Under the pieces are notes generated by a model, which was not told the origin of the DNA, searched no databases, and saw only the letters and a program-made list of their open reading frames with translations. Positions 35,609 through 44,334 of a stretch of 56,512 bases of DNA are shown here, in pieces. The DNA comes from Myxococcota bacterium (GTDB lineage: Bacteria > Myxococcota_A > UBA9160 > UBA6930), in NCBI GenBank assembly GCA_041605395.1, contig JBFIYM010000002.1, positions 1 through 56,512 on the forward strand, written 5' to 3'. A program made the position numbers and the translations under genes. Within the stretch, counting starts at the first letter, position 1. Each line of letters starts with the position of its first letter.

Positions 35609-37291
35609 ATGCCCCAGAAGCTCAACCGCGTCAGCGCGCGCATCACCGAGCAGAAGGCCCAGGGTGGGTCCCAGGCCATGCTCTACGCCGCCGGGCTCCG
35701 CGAGGAGGACCTCCACAAGCCGCAGGTGGGCATCTCCGCCATGTGGTACGACGGCAACCCGTGCAACATGCACCTCGGCGGGCTCGCGGAAGCGGTGCAG
35801 CAGGGGACACGCGAGGCCGGTCTCGTCGGCTTCCGCTTCTTCACGATCGGCGTCTCCGACGGCATGTCGATGGGGACCGAGGGCATGAGCTACTCGCTCC
35901 AGTCGCGCGACCTGATCGCGGACTCGATCGAGACGGTGATGGCCGCGCAGTGGTACGACGCCAACATCTCTCTGCCGGGCTGCGACAAGAACATGCCGGG
36001 CTGCGTGATGGCGATGGGGCGGCTGAACCGGCCCGCCCTGATGATCTACGGCGGTACGATCCGGGCGGGGCGGAGCGCGCGGGGCGAGCCGATCGACATC
36101 GTCTCCGCCTTCCAGAGCTACGGCGAGTCGATCGCCCAACGCATCAGCGAGGACGAGCGGCTCGACGTGATCCGCCACGCCTGCCCCGGAGCCGGCGCCT
36201 GTGGCGGGATGTACACCGCCAACACCATGGCCTCCGCGATCGAGGCGCTCGGCATGTCCCTCCCGGGCAGCGCCTCGACCCCCGCGGAGGATCCCGCGAA
36301 GCTCGCCGAATGCCGCTCGGCGGGCGCCGCGATCCGCGTGCTGCTCGAGCGCGACCTGAAGCCGCGCGACATCATGACCCGCGCCGCGTTCGAGAACGCC
36401 ATGGTGGTGGGGATCGCGCTCGGGGGCTCCACCAACCTGGTGCTGCACCTGATCGCGATGGCGCACGCGGTGGGCATCGAGCTCACGCTGGACGACTTCC
36501 AGAAGGCGAGCGACAAGACGCCCCTGCTCTCGGACTTCAAGCCGAGCGGGCGCTACGTGATGGAGGATCTCCACCGGGTCGGCGGCACGCCGGGGGTGAT
36601 GAAGCGGCTGCTCGAAGCCGGTCTGCTCGACGGCGACTGTCTGACCGTCACGGGGAAGACCCTGGCCGAGAACCTCGCGGCGTGCCCGGGCCTCGCCGAC
36701 GGCCAGACCGTCGTGCACGCGCTCGCCGATCCGATCAAGGAGAGCGGGCACATCCAGATCCTGCGCGGCAGCCTCGCGCCCGACGGCGCCGTCGCCAAGA
36801 TCACGGGCAAGGAGGGCCTCTCGTTCTCGGGCCCGGCCCAGGTCTTCGACTGCGAGGAGGACATGGTGGCCGCCGCCGAGCGCGGTGCGATCCGCGCCGG
36901 GTCCGTGATCGTGATCCGCTACGAGGGCCCGAAGGGCGGTCCCGGCATGCCCGAGATGCTCTCGCCCACCTCGATCCTGATGGGCGCCGGGCTGGGCGAC
37001 AAGGTCGCGCTGCTCACGGACGGCCGCTTCTCGGGCGGCTCGCACGGCTTCATCGTGGGCCACGTCTGCCCCGAGGCGCAGGAAGGTGGGCCGATCGCGC
37101 TGGTGCGTGACGGTGACCGCATCGCGATCGACGCCAAGAAGAACACCATCGAGCTCGAGGTGCCGCGGCAGGAGCTCGAGCGACGCCGCACGGCCTGGAC
37201 GGCGCCGCCGCTCAAGGCCACCCGGGGCACGCTCGCCAAGTACATCCGCTGCGTGCGCTCCGCCTCCGAGGGCTGCGTCACCGACGCCTGA
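35609..37291 (+). CDS. ilvD: dihydroxy-acid dehydratase
   Basis: The 560-aa product has IlvD motifs throughout ('CDKNMPG', '[16 protein letters not shown]', '[11 protein letters not shown]'). Confidence 0.95.
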   Translation: MPQKLNRVSARITEQKAQGGSQAMLYAAGLREEDLHKPQVGISAMWYDGNPCNMHLGGLAEAVQQGTREAGLVGFRFFTIGVSDGMSMGTEGMSYSLQSRDLIADSIETVMAAQWYDANISLPGCDKNMPGCVMAMGRLNRPALMIYGGTIRAGRSARGEPIDIVSAFQSYGESIAQRISEDERLDVIRHACPGAGACGGMYTANTMASAIEALGMSLPGSASTPAEDPAKLAECRSAGAAIRVLLERDLKPRDIMTRAAFENAMVVGIALGGSTNLVLHLIAMAHAVGIELTLDDFQKASDKTPLLSDFKPSGRYVMEDLHRVGGTPGVMKRLLEAGLLDGDCLTVTGKTLAENLAACPGLADGQTVVHALADPIKESGHIQILRGSLAPDGAVAKITGKEGLSFSGPAQVFDCEEDMVAAAERGAIRAGSVIVIRYEGPKGGPGMPEMLSPTSILMGAGLGDKVALLTDGRFSGGSHGFIVGHVCPEAQEGGPIALVRDGDRIAIDAKKNTIELEVPRQELERRRTAWTAPPLKATRGTLAKYIRCVRSASEGCVTDA

Positions 37292-37294
37292 GGG

Positions 37295-37441
37295 ACGTGG
37301 GTCCAGATCGAGGTGCTCGGAGACGTCACCGACCGGATCGACGTGGATGAGCCGTTCGACCCAGCGCCAACTCTCGTCGACGCGCTCGAAGCGGTCCTCG
37401 TAGCGACCGCCCACGATGGGCGGAAAGGACAGCTTGGGAGC
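37295..37441 (-). pseudogene. possible relic of the 3' end of an NTF2/SnoaL-like gene
   Basis: Directly after the ilvN stop, in the same frame, the sequence reads '...SFPPIVGGRYEDRFERVDESWRWVERLIHVD...'. This resembles the C-terminal strands of SnoaL_4-type proteins. There is no start for a full gene and no stop of its own. Confidence 0.3.
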
Positions 37442-37978
37442 TCAGGTCTCGGCCAGCCCGCGTGCCATCAGGATCTTGCCGGACCGCACCAGCTCGATGA
37501 GCCCGAGCGGTTTCAGCAGGGCGAGGAAGGCGTCGAGCTTGTCGCTGGCGCCGTAGACGCGGAGCATCAAGGATTCCGGCCCGTAGTCGACCACCTTGGC
37601 GCCGTAGTGCTCGGCGATCTGGAGGATCTCGGTGCGCTGGTCGAGCCGGGACTCGAGCTTCACGAGTGCGATCTCGCTCTCGTAGGAGTCGTCGCCCGTG
37701 TGGTCGACCGCGTGGACCACGTCCACCAGCTTGGCGAGCTGCTTGATGATCTGCTCGAGTGTCTGGCGGTCGCCCGAGCAGGTGATCGTCATGCGCGAGA
37801 AGTCGCCGCGTGACGCCGGGCTCACCACCAGGCTCTCGATGTTGTAGCCCCGGCGCGCGAAGACGAGTGCCACGCGCACGAGCACGCCCGGCTTGTTGTT
37901 CACGTAGAGCGAGAGGGTGTGGACGTCGTTCCGCGCTTCGCGTTGGGGCGCGTCCGTCCCGGTCTCAGGTGCTGCCAC
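37442..37978 (-). CDS. ilvN: acetolactate synthase small (regulatory) subunit
   Basis: It has an ACT domain 'HTLSLYVNNKPGVLVRVALVFARRGYNIESL'. The GTG start overlaps the ilvB end by 14 nt. Confidence 0.9.
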   Translation of the reverse strand: MAAPETGTDAPQREARNDVHTLSLYVNNKPGVLVRVALVFARRGYNIESLVVSPASRGDFSRMTITCSGDRQTLEQIIKQLAKLVDVVHAVDHTGDDSYESEIALVKLESRLDQRTEILQIAEHYGAKVVDYGPESLMLRVYGASDKLDAFLALLKPLGLIELVRSGKILMARGLAET

Positions 37979-39683
37979 TGGGCTTCTCCAGGCGGTGCTT
38001 GGGCGGCTCGATGATCATGTGCGAGATCGGCGCGCCGGCCGGGATCATCGGGAACACGTTGTCCTCTTTCATGACCTCGGCGACCACCAACACGGGCCCC
38101 GGGAGAGCGCGCGCTTCGCGGAGCTTGCGGTCGATGTCGCCCGGCCGGCGGATCCGCAGCCCCGGCACGCCGTAGGCCTCGGCCAGCTTCACGAAGTCGG
38201 GGTTGCCTTCCAGGTCGACGCCGGAGAGCCGGTTCTCCCAGAACATCTCCTGCCACTGTCGGACCATGCCGAGGTAGTTGTTGTTGATCACGAGGATCTT
38301 GACGGCGGCGCCCTTCACCGCGGCGGTGGCCAGCTCGCAGAGCGTCATCTGGAAGCCGCCGTCGCCGACCACCGCCCAGATCTCCTCCTCGGGCCGGGCG
38401 AACCAGGCGCCGATCGCGGCCGGGAAGCCGAAACCCATCGTGCCGGCGCCACCGGTCGTGATCCAGCGACGGCCCTCGCGCGTGCGACAGAACTGGGCGG
38501 CCCACATCTGGTGCTGGCCCACGTCGGCCGTGATCACGGTCCGTCCCTCGGTGAGGGCGTCGAGGCGGTCGAGCACGTGCTGGGCGCGCAGGCCGCCCTT
38601 CTTCGCGTAACGAAGCGGGTGGCGTCGCCTCCATTCCTGGCACTGTGCGAGCCACGCTTCCGTGTCGAGCGGCTCCACGAGCGGCAGCAGCTGCTCCAGC
38701 ACCTGCCGGGCATCGCCGAGCAGGCAGAGGTCCGGGCGCAGCACCTTGTTGAACTCCGCCGGGTCCACGTCGATGTGGATCTTCGTCGCCCGGGTGCAGA
38801 ACTCGTCCACCTTGCCCGTGATGCGATCGTCCCAGCGCGCTCCGATCGCCAGGATCAGGTCGCAGTCGGTGACGGCTTTGTTCGCATAGGCCGTCCCGTG
38901 CATGCCGAGCATGCCCAGGTGGAGCGGGTGGGTCTCGTCGGCGGCGCCCTTGCCGAGCAGCGTGTTCACGATCGGCGCGCGCAGCCGCTCGGCCAGCTCG
39001 ACGACGCTCTTGCCGGCACCCGAGATCACGGCGCCGTGCCCCACGTAGAGCACCGGCCGCCGCGAGCGGGAGATCAGGTCGGCCGCGATCTCGACGGCCT
39101 CCTGCGGTGCGGCGCCGGGAACCGTGTAGCCGGGGAGGTCGATGCGATCGACGAAGGGCGCGTCGCACGGGCCCTGACTCACGTCCTTCGGCACGTCGAT
39201 CAGCACCGGCCCGGGCCGGCCGGTCGTCGCGATGTGGAAGGCCTCGCGCACCACGCGGGGGATCTCGGACGCGTCCCGCAGCAGATAGCTGTGCTTCACC
39301 ACGGGGTAGGTGATGCCGGTGACGTCGGCCTCCTGGAAGGCGTCCTTGCCGAGATTGTCGCGCGTGGTCTGTCCGGTGATGACGATGAGCGGGGACGAGT
39401 CCATCTGCGCGGTGAGCAGGCCGGTGAGCGTGTTGGTGGCGCCGGGCCCGGAGGTCACGAGCACCACGCCGGGCTGCCCGGAGGCGCGCGCGTAGCCGTC
39501 GGCCATGTGCGTGGCGCCCTGCTCGTGGCGCACCAGGATGAGCTCGATGGCGGAGTCGACGAGGGCATCGAAGATCGGGATGGCGGCCCCGCCCGAGAGG
39601 CCGAAGATGTAGCGGACCCCCTCGCGCTCCAGGCAGCGGATCAGCACCTCGGCGCCCGTGGGTTGGCGCATTTCATCGGCCAT
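37965..39683 (-). CDS. ilvB: acetolactate synthase large (catalytic) subunit
   Basis: The 572-aa product is a ThDP enzyme with 'GGAAIPIFDAL', 'GPGATNTLTG' and 'GAGTMGFGFPAAIGA...GDGGFQM'. Confidence 0.95.
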   Translation of the reverse strand: MADEMRQPTGAEVLIRCLEREGVRYIFGLSGGAAIPIFDALVDSAIELILVRHEQGATHMADGYARASGQPGVVLVTSGPGATNTLTGLLTAQMDSSPLIVITGQTTRDNLGKDAFQEADVTGITYPVVKHSYLLRDASEIPRVVREAFHIATTGRPGPVLIDVPKDVSQGPCDAPFVDRIDLPGYTVPGAAPQEAVEIAADLISRSRRPVLYVGHGAVISGAGKSVVELAERLRAPIVNTLLGKGAADETHPLHLGMLGMHGTAYANKAVTDCDLILAIGARWDDRITGKVDEFCTRATKIHIDVDPAEFNKVLRPDLCLLGDARQVLEQLLPLVEPLDTEAWLAQCQEWRRRHPLRYAKKGGLRAQHVLDRLDALTEGRTVITADVGQHQMWAAQFCRTREGRRWITTGGAGTMGFGFPAAIGAWFARPEEEIWAVVGDGGFQMTLCELATAAVKGAAVKILVINNNYLGMVRQWQEMFWENRLSGVDLEGNPDFVKLAEAYGVPGLRIRRPGDIDRKLREARALPGPVLVVAEVMKEDNVFPMIPAGAPISHMIIEPPKHRLEKPSGST

Positions 39684-39857
39684 GGAGATCTTCCTCGTTC
39701 CTCGAACCAGCCTGTCAGAGACTCGATTCGGCCCGGTCTGGGGCGAGCCATCTTATGAAACATGATCTCAGATGACAAATCGGACCATCCAAGTCGAAGC
39801 GATACGGAAAAGGCGCCTGTTTGGCTGGAAACATGGGCGCCCCGGGGGGAACATCCG

Positions 39858-41042
39858 ATGAACCGGCTCCGGGAGCTCGCCGCCCGGCTGATCGCCGAGG
39901 ACACCGAGAGCCGTCGCGGCAATCTCGCGGTCATGGCCGCGCTGGCCGAGCGGCTGGAGGGGGCCGGCTTCGGCTCCCGCCTCCAGCGCTGGGGCGAGGG
40001 CGCGGACGAGAAGGCGAACCTGCTCGCCTTCGCCGGCCCGCCCGAGCCCGACGGACTGATCCTCTCCGGCCACCTCGACGTGGTGCCGTTCCGGGACCAA
40101 CCCGGCTGGACGCGCGATCCGCTCCGCCTCGACGACGACGGCGAGCGCCTCTACGGCCGTGGCACCTCCGACATGAAGGTGTTCCTGGCCCAGTGCGTGG
40201 ACGCCGCCTGTCAGCTCGACATCGGACGCCTGCGACGCCCGGTGGTGCTCCTGTTCACCTCGGACGAGGAGATCGGCTGTCTCGGGGCGGCCCGGCTCGC
40301 GCCGGAGCTCGATGCCCTGCTCGGGGAGATTCCGAAGCCGGCGCTGGCCTGGATCGGCGAGCCGACCTCGTGGAAGGTCTTCCACACCCACAAGGGCATC
40401 GTCGCCTTCCGGGTGAGCGTGCGGGGCGAAGGCGGTCACAGCAGCGTGCCCGAGGCGGGCGTCAACGCCATCGCCGTCGCCGCGCAGGCGCTCGCGCGCA
40501 TCGGCGAGCTCCAGGCCGAGCTGCGCGCTCGCGGGCGCGATCGGTTCGCGGAGGTGTTCCCGGAGGCGCCCTACACCACGCTCAACTTCGGCACGATCCA
40601 GGGCGGCACGGCCAGCAACATGATCGCCGAGCGCTGCGAGTTCACGGTGAGCTACCGGCCACTCCCCGACGAGGACCCGCTCGCCGTCTACCACGAGGCG
40701 CGCGCGCGCCTGCTCGAGCGCGTGCCCCGCGACTGGGGCTCCGAGCGTGCCGCGAGCCTCAGCGTGTCCGAGCCCCTGCTGGCGCCGGGCCTGTTGACCC
40801 CGCCGGGCACCGCGCTCGAGGCGGCGCTCCGGGTCGAGCTCGGCCCCGGGTCGCTCGGCGGCGCCCCCTTCTGCACGGACGGGGGTCGCTTCGAAGCGGC
40901 CGGCATCCGCTCCCTGATCTGCGGCCCGGGCGACCTCGACCAGGCGCATCAGCCCGACGAGAGCATCTCGCAGGCCGCCTTCGCTTCCGGGACGCAGCAC
41001 ATCCTACGGGTCGTCGATCGCCTGTGCGGCGCGGGCGCCTGA
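39858..41042 (+). CDS. argE: acetylornithine deacetylase-like M20 family peptidase
   Basis: ATG at 39858. It has 'LILSGHLDVVPF', 'GRGTSDMK' and 'DEEIGCLGA'. The function inside the M20 family is inferred. Confidence 0.8.
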   Translation: MNRLRELAARLIAEDTESRRGNLAVMAALAERLEGAGFGSRLQRWGEGADEKANLLAFAGPPEPDGLILSGHLDVVPFRDQPGWTRDPLRLDDDGERLYGRGTSDMKVFLAQCVDAACQLDIGRLRRPVVLLFTSDEEIGCLGAARLAPELDALLGEIPKPALAWIGEPTSWKVFHTHKGIVAFRVSVRGEGGHSSVPEAGVNAIAVAAQALARIGELQAELRARGRDRFAEVFPEAPYTTLNFGTIQGGTASNMIAERCEFTVSYRPLPDEDPLAVYHEARARLLERVPRDWGSERAASLSVSEPLLAPGLLTPPGTALEAALRVELGPGSLGGAPFCTDGGRFEAAGIRSLICGPGDLDQAHQPDESISQAAFASGTQHILRVVDRLCGAGA

Positions 41043-41146
41043 GCCCTCGTTCCCGGGTACGGTTGCGGCCCGAAATCGGGAGCCGTTGGGGTAGGATGGT
41101 CGGGTGGCTGGGCGCCCGCGGCGGGCGCCGGCCCCGGGAGCGAGCG

Positions 41147-41335
41147 ATGCGACGCGGAAGCTGGCAGAGGGCCTGGATCCTGCTCGCCCTGGCGTGCCCG
41201 TCGCTGGCCGCGGCGAGCCCGCTCACCGGCGGGGCCGTCGGCCTGACGCACGTGGTCCCGGAGCCCCCCACCGCGCTGCTGATGGCTGCGGGGCTCGCGG
41301 CGCTGCTGCTGATGGGACGGCGGTTCCGACGCTAG
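41147..41335 (+). CDS. minimal PEP-CTERM sorting-domain protein (62 aa)
   Basis: A signal peptide 'WILLALACPSLAAA' is followed by about 13 residues, then the canonical 'VPEP-PTALLMAAGLAALLLMG-RRFRR' PEP-CTERM motif. Confidence 0.7.
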   Translation: MRRGSWQRAWILLALACPSLAAASPLTGGAVGLTHVVPEPPTALLMAAGLAALLLMGRRFRR

Positions 41336-41398
41336 GGAGCCTCGCGCGTTCCCCAGGTGCCGGGCCGCCTCGCACCCCCAGGGCCCTGCGAAGAGCCC

Positions 41399-43705
41399 TC
41401 AGGTCCTCGCGAAGAAGGCGCGCGCCACCTCGGCGGGGTCGCCCGCCAGGGCTTCGGGGGGTTCGCCGCCGAGCCACTCTTCCGGGAGCAGGCTCGCGTA
41501 GGGATCCCGCAGGAAGCGGCGGTCGAACAGTGCGATGACCCCGCGGTCGTCTTCGCCGCGCAATAGCCGTCCGGCGGACTGCACGACCCGGATCATGCCC
41601 GGCACCGCGTAGGCCAGCTCGAAGCCGCGGTCGAACTGCTCGGCGTAGTGCTCGGCGAGCAGGCTGCGGTGGGCGTCGACGGCGGGCGGGCAGGGGCCCA
41701 CGACCGCCACCGCGGAGAGGCGCGCCCCCGCGTAGTCGACGCCTTCGGCGAGGGCGCCCCCGGCGACGGCCAGCAGCAGCACGTCCCCGGCCTCGCGGAG
41801 GGCGTCGACGTGGGCGCGGCGCTCCGGCTCGCCGTCCTCCCGCCGCTGGGCGCGGAGCTGCCGGGGAAGCGGCGGCAGCGCGCTCTGGACCGCGTCGAGG
41901 AGGGCGTAGCTCGGGAACAGCGCCAGGCAGTTGCCGGGCACGGCACGGCACAGCGCGGCGAGCCGGCGTGCGATCCGGGGGACCTCCCGCCGGCGTTGCT
42001 TCTCGAGCGTCGTCACGCTGGCGTCGATCACGACGGCCCGTCGGGCGGCGCGGTCGGGCGGCGCGATCCGCTCGTGATGGGCGCGCGCGGCGTCGAGCCC
42101 GAGCTCCGCCAGGAACCACTCCGGCGGCGACAGCGTGGCCGAGCAGCCGATCACGGCGTGGCAGGCGCCGAACAGGCGCCGCAGGGGGGCGGACGGGTCG
42201 CGGCAGAAGCGCTCGAGGCGAGGCGCACCGCCTTCCCGGCCCACCAGGCTCACGAAGCCCGGGGGATCCGCCTCGTGCGCGATCAGGGCGGCGAGCCGGA
42301 ATCCCAGCTCGAACAGGGTGGAGAAGGGCGGCCCGGCGGGCGCGCCGTCGAGCGCCAGCAGGGCCTCGAGCGAGAGCCGCCGCAGCTCGTCCGCGATCGG
42401 CTCGAGCGCGTCGCGCGGCAGCGTGAAGGGAAGCCAGCCTCCGTCCGGAACGGGCCCGGCCTCGGCGAGCGTCGCGTCGAGCACCCCTGCGAGCGCCTCG
42501 CAGGCATCGCGCATCGCGCGGTGGAGCGGCGCTCCGCCGAGGGCTGCGGCGTCGATGGCCGCGCGGACCGTCGCGGCGTCGAGGCGCACCGAGAGCGCGT
42601 CGCGTGCGCGTGCCGGGAGCTGGTGGACCTCGTCGATGACGAGCACGGTGTCGCGAAGCGCCGCCGGGTCGCGCAGCTCGGCGAGCGCCACGGCGGGGTC
42701 GATGGCGTAGTTGAAGTCGCACACGAGGACCAGCGCCTCGCCGGCGGCCTCGCGTTGCAGCGCGTACGGACACACGCCGGCCGCCTCGGCCAGCGCGTAG
42801 ACGGCGTCCGGGCGGGCGATCCCGCGCGCGTCGAAGCAGCGCGCGCGGAGGGAGGTCTCCGGCGCTGCCGCAGCGGCCTCGCAGGGCTCGCAGATCCCTT
42901 CGCCGCGCCTGCACATGCGCCGCCGCGCGCGCAACCTCGCCACGAGCGGCATCCCGCCCGGCGCCAGCCGCTCCAGGGTCTCGAGCGCGAGGTGCTGCTG
43001 GAGGGTCGAGGCGGTCAGCACGACCAGGCGCCGCCCGTGCCCCATCGCGTGACGGAGCGCGGGCGTCAGGATCGCGGCCGTCTTCCCGGTTCCCGTGCCG
43101 GCCTCGAGCAGCAGCTGCCCGCCGTCGTCGAGCGCGCGCTCGACCGAGCGCTGGATCTCGTGCTGACCGGGCCGAAGCCGGGCGAAGGGGAACGCGACGT
43201 CGGGTGCGGCTGCGCGCCAGGCCGCGCGCAGGGCGGCACGCGCCTCGAGGGCCGCGAGGCAGTGGTCGAGCCCGCGGCCGAGCGCCCGGTCGCGCTCGGC
43301 CGCGCGGTGGCGGACGGGCTCGCGCACCGGCTCGGCGTCGCCGAGCAGGACCAGCTCCGCGCGAGCCTTCGCGCCGCGCGCACGCTCAAGCATGCGCGCG
43401 TAGAGCGCTGCCTGCAGGGACCACGCGGACGGGCACGCCCCGCCGCGGGGCGGGCGCGACTTCAGCTCCTCGACGAGCCATCCGTCGCCGTCGGGCCGGA
43501 CCCCGTCGGCACGCCCGCGCAGGGTGACCTGCCAGCCCCGATGGACGAGGTGTTCCTCGAGCGCGAGCTCGGCCTCGAAGTCGGAATCTGCGGCGCTGGC
43601 GTCCGCTTGGTAGGCCCGGTGAAGCGACTGGCCGAGCCAGGCGGCGAGGCCCGCCCCGCGCGCCGCGAGCGGCTCCCCTTCGCTGGCGGCGACCAGGGTG
43701 GTCAC
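41399..43705 (-). CDS. PD-(D/E)xK nuclease domain fused to an XPD/DinG-type (DEAD_2 / Helicase_C_2) Fe-S helicase
   Basis: The N-terminus has 'RGRADGV...WLVEELKS...QAALY' (D...ExK...QxxxY). Walker A is 'EAGTGTGKT'. Four Cys fall in 'MCRRGEGICEPCE...GVCPY'. 'VIDEVHQL' is a DEAH-type box. The C-terminus has 'VVQSAGRLLRGEDDRGVIALFD'. GTG is the first possible start after an in-frame TGA. Confidence 0.85.
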   Translation of the reverse strand: MTTLVAASEGEPLAARGAGLAAWLGQSLHRAYQADASAADSDFEAELALEEHLVHRGWQVTLRGRADGVRPDGDGWLVEELKSRPPRGGACPSAWSLQAALYARMLERARGAKARAELVLLGDAEPVREPVRHRAAERDRALGRGLDHCLAALEARAALRAAWRAAAPDVAFPFARLRPGQHEIQRSVERALDDGGQLLLEAGTGTGKTAAILTPALRHAMGHGRRLVVLTASTLQQHLALETLERLAPGGMPLVARLRARRRMCRRGEGICEPCEAAAAAPETSLRARCFDARGIARPDAVYALAEAAGVCPYALQREAAGEALVLVCDFNYAIDPAVALAELRDPAALRDTVLVIDEVHQLPARARDALSVRLDAATVRAAIDAAALGGAPLHRAMRDACEALAGVLDATLAEAGPVPDGGWLPFTLPRDALEPIADELRRLSLEALLALDGAPAGPPFSTLFELGFRLAALIAHEADPPGFVSLVGREGGAPRLERFCRDPSAPLRRLFGACHAVIGCSATLSPPEWFLAELGLDAARAHHERIAPPDRAARRAVVIDASVTTLEKQRRREVPRIARRLAALCRAVPGNCLALFPSYALLDAVQSALPPLPRQLRAQRREDGEPERRAHVDALREAGDVLLLAVAGGALAEGVDYAGARLSAVAVVGPCPPAVDAHRSLLAEHYAEQFDRGFELAYAVPGMIRVVQSAGRLLRGEDDRGVIALFDRRFLRDPYASLLPEEWLGGEPPEALAGDPAEVARAFFART

Positions 43706-43747
43706 CCCGACCTCGAAGGTGCGCCGGGCGGGGTCGAAGCGCGTGGC

Positions 43748-43999
43748 TCAGCCCTTCGGCTCGGGGCGCTCGGCGAGGAACGCCTGGAGTGCGCGATGCA
43801 CGGCCAGCGCCCGGTCGCCGCGCCAGCCCGCGATGGTCGCGAGCACCAGGCCCGCCTGCTCCGGCAGCACCGCGGCGCCTCCCTGCTTCACGGCGTCGAG
43901 CGCGGCGGCTGCGTGGGCGCGCGCGGCCGCGCGCGGGCACTGGTCCCGCACCGCCTGGATCGCCTCGATCACGCCGAGCGGTCGCTCAGCCGGGCTCAC
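43748..43999 (-). CDS. hypothetical 83-aa protein, or detached N-terminal segment of the helicase
   Basis: GTG start and strong third-position G/C. It is in the same reading frame as the helicase gene (43999 minus 43705 is 294, which is 98 codons), separated by a single TGA. Confidence 0.5.
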   Translation of the reverse strand: MSPAERPLGVIEAIQAVRDQCPRAAARAHAAAALDAVKQGGAAVLPEQAGLVLATIAGWRGDRALAVHRALQAFLAERPEPKG

Positions 44000-44075
44000 G
44001 GGGGCTCACCGACACTCCCGGTCTTCGGTACCGCGCTTCCAGTAGCGAAAGTAAGACGAAACACCGAGGCCAAAG

Positions 44076-44103
44076 AAAAGCCGGCTCGGGCCGGCTTTGT
44101 TTT
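44076..44103. terminator. bidirectional rho-independent terminator
   Basis: 'AAAGCCGGC-tcgg-GCCGGCTTT' is a 9-bp stem with a 6-bp GC core. It is followed by TTTGTTTT on the plus strand and CTTTTCTTT on the minus strand. Confidence 0.7.
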
Positions 44104-44334
44104 CGAATGCGTTATTCAAGAATTTAGCGCAGCTTTCTCGCTTCGCAAGGGGTCGATCGGAGATTTCTGGAAAGCCGTCGAATCCGCGGTTGGAACGCTT
44201 CAGGCACAGCCCGAAACGTGGTTCGGGGCCTGGATTTCGTGCGCTCCGCCGGAGTGCGATCGGCACCCGTGGGGGTGCGTTTCGCGCCCGCCGAACCCCG
44301 CCTGGCGAGCGAATGACGAAAGCCGGGCCGGCCG

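Noticed and set aside
43690-43750. A possible bacterial SECIS hairpin after the in-frame TGA of the helicase locus (UUCGACCCC ... GGGGUGA with a bulge).
   Set aside because: The stem is imperfect, the loop is long (about 21 nt), and the context (PKG-U-ATRF) has no redox motif. I cannot support selenocysteine from sequence alone. It is kept only as a test within the main finding.
44030-44060. A sigma-54-like 'CTGGAAGCGCGGTACC' on the minus strand upstream of the small ORF and helicase.
   Set aside because: The GG/GC dinucleotide spacing does not fit the -24/-12 consensus (TGGCAC-N5-TTGC).
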